A DNA stretch of 64,000 nucleotides from an uncultured delta proteobacterium (GTDB lineage: Bacteria > Myxococcota_A > Polyangia > Fen-1088), in contig CAVWIP010000008.1 of NCBI GenBank assembly GCA_963755125.1, positions 192,001 to 256,000 on the forward strand, written 5' to 3'. The position numbers and the translations under genes were made by a program. The number at the start of each line of letters is the position of its first letter. Positions within the stretch are counted from its first letter, which is position 1. Shown here one piece after another: positions 18,691 to 29,066 of this stretch. The notes under the pieces are model-generated. The model did not search any database. It had not been told where the DNA came from and saw nothing but the letters and a program-made list of their open reading frames with translations.

Positions 18691-19197
18691 CTATAGCCCT
18701 AGGGTCGCGCCCCGCCGGTGGCGGGCGTGGCAGATCGCGATGGCCAGGGCGTCGGCCGCGTCAGCCTCGGGCGCGCGACGCATGGCCAGCAGGGCGCGCA
18801 CCAGGAAGGCGACCTGGGACTTGCTCGCGCGGCCATGGCCCACGATCGTGCGCTTGACCCGGGCCGGGGCGTAACCGACGACGGGCAAGCCGCGGTCACC
18901 GGCCACGAACAAGGCCACGCCGCGCGCCTCGCCCAGCGCCAGGGTGGCCTGCACATTCTTGCCGTAGAAGGCCTGCTCCATGGCCACCTCGTCCGGGCCC
19001 AACTCGTCGAGCAGTTCGCGTAGCCCGCAGCCGATGGTCAGCAAACGCTGGTTGCGCGGCTGCCGGGGCGGCGCGGAGATCACTCCGCACTCCACATAGG
19101 CAAGCTGCGACTTGCCGACGCGGTCAATGATGCCGTAGCCGAGACGCAGCGTTCCCGGATCGATACCCAGGATGCGGGTGCGGCCTGCTGCGGACAT
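18691..19197 (-). CDS. ruvC: Crossover junction endodeoxyribonuclease RuvC
   Basis: ILGIDPG, AMEQAFY, LGEARG, G.GRASKSQV, DAADALAIAICH. Confidence 0.96.
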   Translation of the reverse strand: MSAAGRTRILGIDPGTLRLGYGIIDRVGKSQLAYVECGVISAPPRQPRNQRLLTIGCGLRELLDELGPDEVAMEQAFYGKNVQATLALGEARGVALFVAGDRGLPVVGYAPARVKRTIVGHGRASKSQVAFLVRALLAMRRAPEADAADALAIAICHARHRRGATLGL

Positions 19198-19215
19198 GCG
19201 TACGGCCGGATTCTG

Positions 19216-19965
19216 CTAGGAGATGTTGGCCAGCGTGCTCTCGTCTACATCCAGATTCGAATACACGTTCTGGACGTCGTCGTGGTCTTCCAGGATGTCG
19301 AGCAGCTTGAGCGCGGATTCGGCTTCCTTGCCCGCAAGGTGCGTCTTGTTCTGCGGCACCATGGTGACCTCGGCCGAGGCCGGGTCAGGCATGCCGGCTT
19401 TCTTCAGGCCGTCGCGAATGCGCTCGAATTCCTTGGGCTCGGTGATGACGGTGAACACCTCATCCTCGCTGCGCACGTCATCGGCACCCAGTTCGATGGC
19501 CGCGTCGGTCAACTTGTTCTCGTCGACCTGCGCCTTTTCGTACACGATCACGCCTTGCTTCTTGAACATCCAGGCCACTGAACCCGAGCCCGCCAGGTTG
19601 CCATTGGCCTTGGTGAGCAAGTTGCGGATCTCGCCGGTGGTCCGGTTGCGATTGTCGGTCATGATTTCGGCTAGGATGGCTACGCCGCCCGGGCCAAAAA
19701 CCTCGTAGGTGAACTCTTCGTAGGTCACACCTTCCAACTCGCCCGTGCCCTTCTTGATGGCGCGGTCGATGGTGTCGTTCGGCATGTTCTGGCCGCGAGC
19801 CTTGTCCACCGCCGAGCGCAAGCGGGGATTGCCGTTGATGTCACCACCGCCAAGTCTGGCCGAGATGGTGATCTCCTTGATGACCTTGGTCCAGACCTTC
19901 GACTTCTTGGAGTCGGAGGCCTCTTTCTTGTGCTTGATCTTCGACCATCTGTTGTGACCGGACAT
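19216..19965 (-). CDS. yebC: YebC/PmpR family protein
   Basis: [42 protein letters not shown]. Confidence 0.96.
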   Translation of the reverse strand: MSGHNRWSKIKHKKEASDSKKSKVWTKVIKEITISARLGGGDINGNPRLRSAVDKARGQNMPNDTIDRAIKKGTGELEGVTYEEFTYEVFGPGGVAILAEIMTDNRNRTTGEIRNLLTKANGNLAGSGSVAWMFKKQGVIVYEKAQVDENKLTDAAIELGADDVRSEDEVFTVITEPKEFERIRDGLKKAGMPDPASAEVTMVPQNKTHLAGKEAESALKLLDILEDHDDVQNVYSNLDVDESTLANIS

Positions 19966-20059
19966 GCTGGCTTTGTAGCACTTTTCATTCGCAAATGCCC
20001 CGCTTGCGGGCGCCAAAATCGCCCGTTCGACGCCACGCTGCGCTATGATGGGGAGCGCG

Positions 20060-21277
20060 CTACCAGCCTGGGGTCGGCGTCTCGGGCGCGTTGGTCCAGG
20101 CGCTGGGCTGATCACAGGCGTCGACTGAAACCCGATGCACGCTCATGCCGTTCCAGGCCGAGGCGCTGACGTTGACCCAGCCCCCGTACTCACTGATCGT
20201 TGTGCCATCCGGACTGACGAGGGAGATTGGCGCGCCGTTGTTTGAGAGCCCGTCGATTCCAATCCGGCCTGACACGCGGACGATCGCCGTGCCGTCCCGC
20301 GGCACCGGATCCTTGCCGTCATCCATTAGGAAATCGGCCGACACAACCAGTGCGAAGCCGCCGGCCGGAACGTCCATATCGGGCAAGACATCACTGCCGG
20401 CCTTGTCTTCGATGAGCATGCCTGCCAGCGACACCGGCCCGGCCTCCAGGTTCTCCAATTCGACGAACTCCTGCGTGTACTCGGAGCCAGCGGGATTGGC
20501 CAGCACTTCGGTGATGACCAAGCGAGGTTCCTGTGGCGGCAGGTGCAGCGCGACCGCCGAAGAATCGGCGCTGTTGCCGGCGCGATCCGTGGCACGCGCG
20601 ACGGCCTGAGCGTCCACATTAGCCGGCAGATTGGGCAAGTGCGTGAGCAGATCGAACTTGGTGCCAATCGCGCCCATGTCCAGGCTGGCCGCTTGATCAC
20701 CAGCCGTGATGATAACCTCGGCCCACGCCGGCTCGTCGGTCATGAACTGCGCCTGCACACAGCCTGCGATGACGGTCATCGCGAAACCGGCTATCAGGGG
20801 CGCATACTCGTCGGGGGCGTCAGCGGTCGTGAACGAGCCAACCTGGCCAGCAGGAACCGGCTTGCCGCCTTCGAAGTGCAAAGCATCAGCGCCGATCTCG
20901 ACCACATACGAAGCGGTCGGCTGCAGCACACCGGCCGGCATGGCCGCATAGCAGGTGCCATTGCAGGGCACGAGATCCCCCAACGCGAGCGTCACCTCGG
21001 TACCGTCGTTCGCCCGGAGTTTGAACGAAGCACTCGGGTCGGGAACCTGCAAAGGTTCCGAAAAGAGAAGGATGACCTTGGCCAGATTTGGGGGCACCTG
21101 TGTAGCGCCGGCGGGCGGGTCGACCAACTCTGGCAGGCCCAATACGAAGCCCGCATCGCTGGCCGTCGTCCCGCCAGTCGCGGTGCTGGACGCACGCCGT
21201 TCCGCGTTCAGGTCGGTGTTCGGTGAACAGGCGAAACAGGCCAGCAGCACGACAGAGCCAAGGTGCGAAGAAGGCAT
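20060..21277 (-). CDS. Lipoprotein with Ig-like (Big_5) and lamin-tail domains
   Basis: Lipobox-like [20 protein letters not shown] Ig-like start; [22 protein letters not shown] lamin-tail motifs; start uncertain. Confidence 0.7.
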   Translation of the reverse strand: MPSSHLGSVVLLACFACSPNTDLNAERRASSTATGGTTASDAGFVLGLPELVDPPAGATQVPPNLAKVILLFSEPLQVPDPSASFKLRANDGTEVTLALGDLVPCNGTCYAAMPAGVLQPTASYVVEIGADALHFEGGKPVPAGQVGSFTTADAPDEYAPLIAGFAMTVIAGCVQAQFMTDEPAWAEVIITAGDQAASLDMGAIGTKFDLLTHLPNLPANVDAQAVARATDRAGNSADSSAVALHLPPQEPRLVITEVLANPAGSEYTQEFVELENLEAGPVSLAGMLIEDKAGSDVLPDMDVPAGGFALVVSADFLMDDGKDPVPRDGTAIVRVSGRIGIDGLSNNGAPISLVSPDGTTISEYGGWVNVSASAWNGMSVHRVSVDACDQPSAWTNAPETPTPGW

Positions 21278-21367
21278 CGAGTGCTTTATCGGACGGCCCC
21301 ATCCAGAGTTGCTCATCGACCGCGCCCATCCTGTACGAAAGCCGCTATATACTCGCAGCCACCAACC

Positions 21368-21985
21368 ATGAAACCCCACCCCGATCTCATCCTGGCCTCT
21401 GCATCGCCGCGCCGGCGTGAGTTGCTCGAACTTCTCGGTCTGGTGCTGCGGATCGAGCCCGTGGACGTGGATGAGACGCCAGCGCCGGGCGAAAAAGCGC
21501 GCGCCTACGCGCAGCGCCTGGCGGCCGAGAAAGGCGAAGCGGCGCTGACCAGACTCGGCCAGGAAACCCTGCCGGTTCTGACCGCGGACACGGTGGTCGT
21601 TGTGGGCGACGACATCTTGGGCAAGCCGGCCAACCAGGACGAGGCAGCGGCCATGCTGCGCCGGCTGGCGGGCCGGCGCCACGAAGTGATGACCGCATAC
21701 CGCGCGCGCTTCGGCGGCCGCATGGTCGAGCGCGTGGTCAGCACCGGCGTGAGCTTTCGCTCGCTCGACCCGGCTGAACTACGCGCCTATCTCGATTGCG
21801 GCGAATGGCAGGGGAAGGCCGGGGCCTACGCCATTCAGGGCATCGCGGGCGCTTTCGCCATCGAGGTGCACGGGTCGTTTTCCAACGTGGTGGGATTGCC
21901 GCTGGCGGAAGTGATAGCCGATCTGCGCGCACTTGAGGCCCTGCCCGGCTATCCACCCAGCGCCTTCGGAGGAAGCGCCCGGTGA
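21368..21985 (+). CDS. maf: Maf family nucleoside triphosphate pyrophosphatase
   Basis: LILASASPRR, DET, ADTVV, ILGKP, KAGAYAIQG, NVVGLP. Confidence 0.95.
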   Translation: MKPHPDLILASASPRRRELLELLGLVLRIEPVDVDETPAPGEKARAYAQRLAAEKGEAALTRLGQETLPVLTADTVVVVGDDILGKPANQDEAAAMLRRLAGRRHEVMTAYRARFGGRMVERVVSTGVSFRSLDPAELRAYLDCGEWQGKAGAYAIQGIAGAFAIEVHGSFSNVVGLPLAEVIADLRALEALPGYPPSAFGGSAR

Positions 21986-22710
21986 ATCGCGCGGAGCAAA
22001 TCGCCGCCAACCTGCACCAGGTACGCACGCGCATCGCGCGAGCCGAGGCCAGCGCCGGTCGGATAGCAGGCAGCGCGCGCCTGGTGGCAGTCAGCAAGAC
22101 CGTGGCAGCGGCGGACGTCCTGGCTGCCTTGGCCGCTGGCCAGCAGGATTTTGGCGAAAGCTATGGGCAGGAGTTCCGCGACAAGCTGGTGGAGGTCGAT
22201 GCCGCCGCACAAGCCGCGAGCTTGCCGCGGCCTCGCTGGCACTTCATCGGCCCGCTGCAAACCAACAAGGTCAAGTACGTGGCTGGCAAGGCAACCCTGA
22301 TCCATTCCACCGAGGCGGGCGACGTGCTGGCGGAAATCGAGCGGCGCGTGGGTACGCTAGCCCCGACGGCGCGTCAGGATTGCCTGATTCAGGTCAACGT
22401 GGCCGGCGAGCTGCAGAAGCACGGCGTGCCGCCAACTGCGCTCCCAGCGCTGCTGGCCAGCTTTGCCCGGCTCGGCCACCTGCGCTGCACCGGCCTGATG
22501 GTCATTCCCCCGTACAGCGACGATCCCGAGGAGTCACGGCCTTTCTTCGCGGCCCTGCGCCGCCTGCGCGACGAGCAGGCTGCCATCAGCCGGGCCAACG
22601 TCCACCTGACCGAGCTGTCCATCGGCATGAGCCACGACCTGGAGGTCGCGGTGGCTGAGGGCGCGACCCTGGTGCGCGTGGGCACGGCCGTCTTCGGCGA
22701 GCGCCGGTAG
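21982..22710 (+). CDS. yggS: PLP homeostasis protein YggS/PROSC
   Basis: LVAVSKT, FGE, WHFIGPLQTNKVK, GLM, LSIGMSHD, GATLVRVGTAVFG. Confidence 0.95.
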   Translation: MNRAEQIAANLHQVRTRIARAEASAGRIAGSARLVAVSKTVAAADVLAALAAGQQDFGESYGQEFRDKLVEVDAAAQAASLPRPRWHFIGPLQTNKVKYVAGKATLIHSTEAGDVLAEIERRVGTLAPTARQDCLIQVNVAGELQKHGVPPTALPALLASFARLGHLRCTGLMVIPPYSDDPEESRPFFAALRRLRDEQAAISRANVHLTELSIGMSHDLEVAVAEGATLVRVGTAVFGERR

Positions 22711-22810
22711 GGCCCACACCACGCGCCATGCGGCCGCGGCGCTGCCCGCCCGGCCCTGATTCGTGCAACGCTCCGGACCGGTTTGACTTCGCCAGCAACA
22801 GGGAGTAGCA

Positions 22811-22934
22811 ATCTCGCCGCCAAATCCGGTCTCGCCGGAACGGGGGAACCGAATCGTTCTGGGGCGAAGTGCCAGTCAGCACCGGGGGACCGCCTCCTTC
22901 CGAGCCCGTCAGCTAACCTCGTAGGCAGAAGAGG
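22811..22934 (+). ncRNA. c-di-AMP (ydaO/yuaA) riboswitch
   Basis: CGCCAAATCC..GGAACGGGGGAACC..TGGGGCGAA..CCGAGCCCGTCAGCTAACCTCGTAGGC matches the ydaO consensus and lies directly upstream of a KimA-like transporter. Confidence 0.92.
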
Positions 22935-22968
22935 CCCCGAAGGACGGGGGGCCGGTCAAGAAAGCTGA

Positions 22969-25029
22969 ATGAGTAGTAACCAGACGACCGGGCCGGAAGA
23001 CAAGGCGTCCCTGCTGGAAACGGGGTGGCGGGTCATGATGGGGCGACCGCGGGACTTCAGGGATCCCGGTGTCTTCCACAAGATCTCGCTGGTGGCGTTC
23101 CTGGCCTGGGTGGGCATGGGCGCCGACGGATTGTCATCCTCGGCCTACGGCCCTGATGAGTCTTTCCGCTCCCTGCTTGAGCACGGAAACACCACCTATC
23201 TGGCGGTGTTCATGGCCGTGGCCACGGCGCTGACCGTGTTCGTGATGTCCTACGCCTACAGCCGGATCATCGAGCACTTCCCCACCGGCGGCGGCGGCTA
23301 CGTGGTGGCGAGCAAGCTGCTCGGCGAGAAGGCCGGCCTTCTGTCCGGCTCGGCGCTACTGGTCGACTACATCCTCACCATCACGGTGTCCATCGCCTCG
23401 GGCGGCGACGCCGTTTTCAACATGTTGCCGCTGACCTGGCACGCATGGAAGCTGCCCATCGAGTTTGCCGTCATCACGCTTCTCATCGTCCTCAACATAC
23501 GCGGCGTGAAGGAGTCGGTGACACCCCTGGTGCCGATCTTCATGGTCTTCGTTCTCACGCACCTCGTGTTGATTCTGGGCGGCCTCGGTTCACACCTCGG
23601 TCATGCGCCGGAAGTGGCCGCCAACCTCACGCGCGAGTTCTCGCAGAGCATCCACAGCTACGGTGCGTTCGGCGTGTTCATCATCTTCATGACCGCCTAC
23701 TCCCGAGGCGCCGGCACGTACACCGGCATCGAAGCCGTGTCGAACGGCCTGCAGATGATGCGCGAGCCGCGGGTGACCACTGGCAAACGCACCATGGTCT
23801 ACCTCTCCGTGTCGCTGGCTTTCACCGCTGGCGGCATCCTGCTCTGCTATCTCCTCTTCGGCATCCGTCCCCAAGAGGGCAAGACCCTGAACGGTGTGTT
23901 GGTGGAGGCCTTCGCCGCAAACTGGTACGTGCTCGGTGTGCCGGTCGGCAAGGCGTTCGTGGTCATCGCGCTGGCGTCCGAGGGTGCCCTGCTGTTCGTG
24001 GCGGCGCAGACCGGCTTCATCGACGGGCCGCGGGTCATGTCCAATATGGCTGTCGACTCGTGGTTGCCCCGACGTTTCTCGTCTCTGTCCGATCGCCTGA
24101 CGACCAAAGACGGCGTCGTGATGCTCGGGCTGGCGGCGATCGCCCTGCTCCTGTTCACCCACGGCAACGTGGACGCGTTGGTGACCATGTACGCCATCAA
24201 CGTGTTCATCACTTTCTCTCTCTCGCAGCTCGGCATGTGCCGTTTCTGGCTGCGTGAGCGGGCCCGCGACGCGAAGTGGATGCGTCACATCCTGGTTCAC
24301 GTCGTCGGACTGGTCATGTGCCTGTCGATCCTCACATTCACCATTGTCCTCAAGTTCTCCCAGGGCGCCTGGCTGACTCTACTGGTGACCACCGCCCTCA
24401 TCGTGGTGTGCCTCCTGGTCAAGTCCCACTACCGCGAGGTCGCGCGCCAACTGGCCTTGCTCGATGCTGACCTGAACAACCTGGTGGGGCTCGACGGGAA
24501 CGGCGGCGAGCCGGATCCCAGCAAGCCCACCGCGGTCCTGCTGGTGGGAAAATACGGCGGTCTGGGCGTACACTCCATGCTCTCTATCCAGCGCACCTAC
24601 CCCGGCTACTTCGCCAACCTGGTGTTCGTCTCGGTGGCCGTGCACGACACCGGAACGTTCAAGGGCGCCGCCGAGGTCGATTCGCTGCGCCTCCGCGTGG
24701 AGGAAACTCTGCAGAAATACGTGGCTCTCGCCAAGGGTCTGGGCTGGAACTCCAGCTACCGAATGGCCGAAGGTCTGGACGCGGTGTACGAAGCCAGCCG
24801 CCTGTGCATCAGGATTGCGGACGAGTTTCCTCGCGTGGTCTTCTTCGCCGGCAAGCTCATCTGGAAACGCGAGACCTGGATGCAGCGGATTCTACACAAC
24901 GAGACCGCCTATCAAGTCGAACGCCGCCTGCACTGGAAGGGCCTGCCCATGGCTGTGCTGCCGGTGCGCGTGGGCGACGACGCGCGCACCGCGCCGCTGA
25001 TGCCACGCCCGAAGTCACGGGCCGAGTGA
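22969..25029 (+). CDS. kimA: APC family K+ transporter, KimA/YdaO-like
   Basis: DGLSSSAYG, GGGGY, LLVDYILT, TGIEAVSNG, ~12 TM plus cytosolic C-domain; riboswitch context. Confidence 0.82.
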   Translation: MSSNQTTGPEDKASLLETGWRVMMGRPRDFRDPGVFHKISLVAFLAWVGMGADGLSSSAYGPDESFRSLLEHGNTTYLAVFMAVATALTVFVMSYAYSRIIEHFPTGGGGYVVASKLLGEKAGLLSGSALLVDYILTITVSIASGGDAVFNMLPLTWHAWKLPIEFAVITLLIVLNIRGVKESVTPLVPIFMVFVLTHLVLILGGLGSHLGHAPEVAANLTREFSQSIHSYGAFGVFIIFMTAYSRGAGTYTGIEAVSNGLQMMREPRVTTGKRTMVYLSVSLAFTAGGILLCYLLFGIRPQEGKTLNGVLVEAFAANWYVLGVPVGKAFVVIALASEGALLFVAAQTGFIDGPRVMSNMAVDSWLPRRFSSLSDRLTTKDGVVMLGLAAIALLLFTHGNVDALVTMYAINVFITFSLSQLGMCRFWLRERARDAKWMRHILVHVVGLVMCLSILTFTIVLKFSQGAWLTLLVTTALIVVCLLVKSHYREVARQLALLDADLNNLVGLDGNGGEPDPSKPTAVLLVGKYGGLGVHSMLSIQRTYPGYFANLVFVSVAVHDTGTFKGAAEVDSLRLRVEETLQKYVALAKGLGWNSSYRMAEGLDAVYEASRLCIRIADEFPRVVFFAGKLIWKRETWMQRILHNETAYQVERRLHWKGLPMAVLPVRVGDDARTAPLMPRPKSRAE

Positions 25030-25105
25030 GTCCTAGCCGCGTGGGGAGCCCGCCGGCCCATGCAGGTGGACGGGCGCGACAGATGGAGTAACCTCCGACT
25101 GCGCC

Positions 25106-26515
25106 ATGGGCACCCGACGCAACAAGCGATCTGCCGGCCACCTCGGTCGTGGCCTGTTGCTGTCGGTCTTCCTGCACGCACAGGTCATCGTGCCTCTCGT
25201 CGTTTTGGCCTTCATCTACGGCAAGCGCGAGTCAAACGAAGTCGACTTGAGCTTCGAGTCGGTCAAGGACAACGAACTGCCGGCCGGGCTCCCCACCGTC
25301 GAGGAGCCCGTGCCGCCTGAGAAGCGCCCGCACGACAAGAAAACGCAGAGGCTGACACAGTCGGAGAAGGAGCCCGAGCACGAGATTGAACTGCCCCCAC
25401 CGGAGAAACTGCCGCCCATTCCCAAGCCGCAGGAAAAGCCTCTCGCACAGCTTCCGCCTCCCAAGGCAGAAGAGCCGCCCCAGCCCGCGCCCGAACGACT
25501 GCACCAAAAAATTGTCGAACTGGACATGGGCAAGGATGTGGAGGCGCCCGAGAACGCCAAGTACTTGGCCGACAAGAACAACCGGGCCGAAAACGAGACC
25601 CGCGCGCGAGAGACCAACCTGGAACGAGAGCAGGCCGGCCAGGAAGCGCATCCTTCGGACCAGGAAGACAAGATCGCTGCTCTGGAGGACCGCGAGGCAC
25701 GGCCAGAGAAGCGGGCGGGCCAGGGCGGCGAGCGCCCCTTGCCCGAGTCGTTCCGTCCCGAGGCGCCAGGGAAAGCCACACTGTCCATGCGCGGCCCGCG
25801 CAGAGTTGAAAACGAGGAACGGGAAACCATCTCACCCGACGGAACGCGGCTTGTGCCCGATGAGGAACAACGCATGTCGCGCGGCGCGGACGGCGGACGT
25901 GCCGGTCGGCTGCGCCTGACCCGCCGCCAGTACGAATCGGTTTTCGGCACCGACGCCGAGGCCGCAGCAGCGCTGGCCAAAGCCCAGCGATCCCTGCGCA
26001 AGGGCAAGTCCGCCGAGCGGCGCGAGCGGGTGCGCTCCGCTCTTGAGAACTTCATCACCGAGGTCAAGCCGGGCAACCAGACCGCGCTCAACACACGCGC
26101 CGTGCCCTTCGCCCAGTTCATCACGCGCATGCATCGAAAAATCCATGAGCTGTGGGCCTTCGGTTTCATGGCGGGCTTGGACAGCAAGCCTGCCAGCCTG
26201 CCGCTCAACAATCCTTCTCTGCTGGCCAAGCTGGAAATTGTTCTCGACGGCCAAGGGAATGTGGACCGCGTGGCGGTGGTCCGATCGTCGGGGCTGACCA
26301 TCTACGACAGCGCGGCCATCGACGTCGTCTACAGCGCCGCGCCCTACCCCACCCCGCCGCCGACCATTCTGTCGGGCAACGGCAAGGTGTACATCCACTG
26401 GACCTTCCATCGCAATGAGGAAGCCTGCGGCACCGCCGGAGTGGACTACTTCATCCTCAACAACGGTCCCAAGGCTCCCGAAAAGACCGCGCCGTCTGGG
26501 AAGAATGCTGGCTGA
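25106..26515 (+). CDS. TonB family protein (TonB C-terminal domain)
   Basis: N-terminal TM with S..LH motif, P/E/K-rich linker, C-terminal LDGQGNV..VVRSSG..YDSAA..APYPTPP. Confidence 0.8.
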   Translation: MGTRRNKRSAGHLGRGLLLSVFLHAQVIVPLVVLAFIYGKRESNEVDLSFESVKDNELPAGLPTVEEPVPPEKRPHDKKTQRLTQSEKEPEHEIELPPPEKLPPIPKPQEKPLAQLPPPKAEEPPQPAPERLHQKIVELDMGKDVEAPENAKYLADKNNRAENETRARETNLEREQAGQEAHPSDQEDKIAALEDREARPEKRAGQGGERPLPESFRPEAPGKATLSMRGPRRVENEERETISPDGTRLVPDEEQRMSRGADGGRAGRLRLTRRQYESVFGTDAEAAAALAKAQRSLRKGKSAERRERVRSALENFITEVKPGNQTALNTRAVPFAQFITRMHRKIHELWAFGFMAGLDSKPASLPLNNPSLLAKLEIVLDGQGNVDRVAVVRSSGLTIYDSAAIDVVYSAAPYPTPPPTILSGNGKVYIHWTFHRNEEACGTAGVDYFILNNGPKAPEKTAPSGKNAG

Positions 26516-26625
26516 AACACAGAAAGCGCAGAGTACGCAGAGCCGGATTGGAAAGGGGAACGGTTGGGCCCGGCTCGCTCCGGACTACTTCCTCCTATCC
26601 GATCTCAGTGTTCTCTGTGGTGAAT
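26516..26625. repeat. Second intergenic imperfect palindrome with AACACAGA-type arms
   Basis: AACACAGAAAGCGCAGAG..CCGGATTGGA pairs with TCCTATCCGATCTCAGTGTTCTCTGTGG, between convergent genes. Confidence 0.55.
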
Positions 26626-26632
26626 AAGCTAA

Positions 26633-28294
26633 CTACCAAAGCTTCCGTAATACGGTGTTCGGATAGTAGTGGCGCAGGATTTCGCGATACCTCTTGCCGG
26701 CTTCCGCCATTCCGACGGCGCCGGTCTGGCACATGCCCACGCCGTGGCCAAAGCCGGCGCCACGAAAGATCGCATCGCCGTTCTTGAGCTCGACGACGAA
26801 CAGCGAACTGCGCAATCCGCCGAAGGCCTGTCGAATGCGCAACTCGCCGCGGATGGTTTCGCTGCGGGCAGAGCCCACCACGCGCACCGCGAGCGCGCGC
26901 CCTGACACTCCTCGCTGCGGCACTTCAATAGCCCGAATTTCGCCCAGCCGGTATCGACCAAGCAGCTTGTCCAGTTCCGCGCCGGTCCGCTTCACTGTCC
27001 AGCGAAAGCGGTCGCCCGCGCCGAGGTGGGCCTGGCCACAATACGCAGGCGGCGGCTGGTCAATAAAACGCGCCACGTTCTCTGTACTCACTCCCGCCGC
27101 ATAGACGTCCGGCTTCCCAGTGACGGGCGCGGGCGCGTCGCGATGGCCGCGCAGAGCCGCCAGCGCGGGCATGTCGGGCCACACGTTCTCGTTGTGCTCG
27201 GTGTGGCCACCGCAGTTGGCCGAATACACGGTGTCAGCCAGGTCTTTCCCGTCAGCCGTGAACAGCACCTCGCCGCGAGTTGCAGCGACCGCCGCCGTGG
27301 TCCGCGGCGTCTCGTGACCCGCGCCCAAGTAAACCTGACAGTGCGTCTGCGAGCACAGCCGGAAGGGATCACCGAGGTGTCGTGTGCCGATCTTGGACAG
27401 CAACTCGCCTCGCGCGGCCACCGCCTGTGCCTTGAGCGCCTCCTCCGGCGCATTGGGGAAGATCTCGGCCGGGAGCAGGCCAGCCAGGAATCGATCCTCG
27501 GGCAAGGCATTGACCACGGCCAAACTGCCCTTGCGGTCCAAGGTCACGTACACCTTGCCGAAGTAGGCCCCCGACACCTTGGTCTGGGCCTTTCCCTCCG
27601 TGCCCTCGGCCTCCACCTGCAAGGGGCTGTCCCCACCTGCCACAAACCACAGCACACCCTCGTTGCGCACGTGCATCCCGGTCTTGCTGCCGACCGCTTC
27701 CAGTTGCCCGTGCGGGCGATCGACCAACTCGGTGAACACGCCCGGGTTGGACAGGACGGCCTTGCGGCCCAAGGTCTCGAAGGCCGCCTCGGCCGCCTCC
27801 GGCGTTCCATACGGGCCCACTGCCACCAGAACCTCGCGCCGGTCGAGAACCTCGCCGCCCACGCCAAACACCGTGCCCTGCTCAAACTGCCGTGGCTTTT
27901 CACCCAGCTCTTTCCATCGCTCGATCTGAGCGTCGGCTTCATCCCCTTGCCCCGGTTTTCCGCGCCATACTACCGCCCAGTGGCGCAGCTTGGCCGGTGC
28001 CGTCGCCGAAGCGCGAATTTGCCAGGACTCTTCGCCGCGGACCTCGGACCCGCCCTCGCCTTCGGGAAAGAGGCGAAGGCCGCCTGAAGGGCCTGAGCTG
28101 ATGGTTGCCCGCGCAAGGCCCTCGGCGATGGCCACCGGCACCACAGGGAAGCCTTGCTCGGTAAAACGAAACTCAGCGGAGTAGATCGCGCGCAGCTTGT
28201 CCGCGCCCGAGAACTCGTCAGCCGCGTGCAACGGCGTGGCCCAGGCAACTAGTGCCCATCCGACGACCATCCGTTGCAGGTGAAGCGCGCTCAT
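26633..28294 (-). CDS. SpoIID/LytB domain protein (peptidoglycan lytic transglycosylase-like)
   Basis: VVNALPE..LAG..PAE..EALKAQAVAAR, CQVY, YSANCGGHTE, GAGFGHGVGMCQ.GA, ILRHYYP. Confidence 0.92.
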   Translation of the reverse strand: MSALHLQRMVVGWALVAWATPLHAADEFSGADKLRAIYSAEFRFTEQGFPVVPVAIAEGLARATISSGPSGGLRLFPEGEGGSEVRGEESWQIRASATAPAKLRHWAVVWRGKPGQGDEADAQIERWKELGEKPRQFEQGTVFGVGGEVLDRREVLVAVGPYGTPEAAEAAFETLGRKAVLSNPGVFTELVDRPHGQLEAVGSKTGMHVRNEGVLWFVAGGDSPLQVEAEGTEGKAQTKVSGAYFGKVYVTLDRKGSLAVVNALPEDRFLAGLLPAEIFPNAPEEALKAQAVAARGELLSKIGTRHLGDPFRLCSQTHCQVYLGAGHETPRTTAAVAATRGEVLFTADGKDLADTVYSANCGGHTEHNENVWPDMPALAALRGHRDAPAPVTGKPDVYAAGVSTENVARFIDQPPPAYCGQAHLGAGDRFRWTVKRTGAELDKLLGRYRLGEIRAIEVPQRGVSGRALAVRVVGSARSETIRGELRIRQAFGGLRSSLFVVELKNGDAIFRGAGFGHGVGMCQTGAVGMAEAGKRYREILRHYYPNTVLRKLW

Positions 28295-28851
28295 CGCATC
28301 TCGTGCGCCGAAAGGTAACGCAGGTTGAAGAAGTTCACCGTGAAATGCGCCAGGACCGGTCCGGCCAGATCACCCGACCAAAGGAAGAGTTGTCCGAACA
28401 CCATGCCTGCAACGAATGAAGAGATGGTCCATGGAAGGTAGCGAAGCTTTGGCCCGACGTGAAGCAGGGCGAACACCAGGCTCGACCCCGAAAGGCCGAT
28501 GGCTGGCAACAGGGCTCCGCGAAAAAAGATTTCCTCGCCCAGCGCCGAGGCCACGGCCAGCACCACCACCTCGGCGTCAGGCAACGGCCCGAGCATGGCG
28601 CGCATGTCGCGATGAAGTGCGCGCGCCCATTCGAATCGGTGTACCGCGAGCCGAGATGCGAACACGTACCCGAGCCCGATCAAGACTCCGGCGACCATCC
28701 CGAGCAGGGTCTGGCTGTCTTCGCGCCCTGCCAGACGCCACATGCTGGCGTCGCCACGCCAAGTCGACCAAACCACTCCAGCCGAGGCCAGTGCGAGATA
28801 GAGTGTCAGCACCAAGCCTGCGCGGGACCAACTTCTGGCCGCCTCTGCCAT
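28291..28851 (-). CDS. CPBP (CAAX protease/Abi) family intramembrane metalloprotease
   Basis: GEEIFFRG, FALLH, HFTVN; start uncertain. Confidence 0.88.
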   Translation of the reverse strand: MAEAARSWSRAGLVLTLYLALASAGVVWSTWRGDASMWRLAGREDSQTLLGMVAGVLIGLGYVFASRLAVHRFEWARALHRDMRAMLGPLPDAEVVVLAVASALGEEIFFRGALLPAIGLSGSSLVFALLHVGPKLRYLPWTISSFVAGMVFGQLFLWSGDLAGPVLAHFTVNFFNLRYLSAHEMR

Positions 28852-29066
28852 GGTTGGCAACATACCAGCAATTTCAAATGCGTAGCGCCAGCCATGCTCC
28901 CGGAGTCGCCTCGCCTTATCTCGACGTGTCAACGACAAAGCTGAATTGTCCTTGGGTTTCGCGTTCATCAACAAGGCAAGATGCGCCATGGGCGGCCCAA
29001 GCCGCATCGCGCATCGTCTCATTTCCGCCGTCGGCTCGACGCCGCCATGGTAAATGTTCTTCGTCG

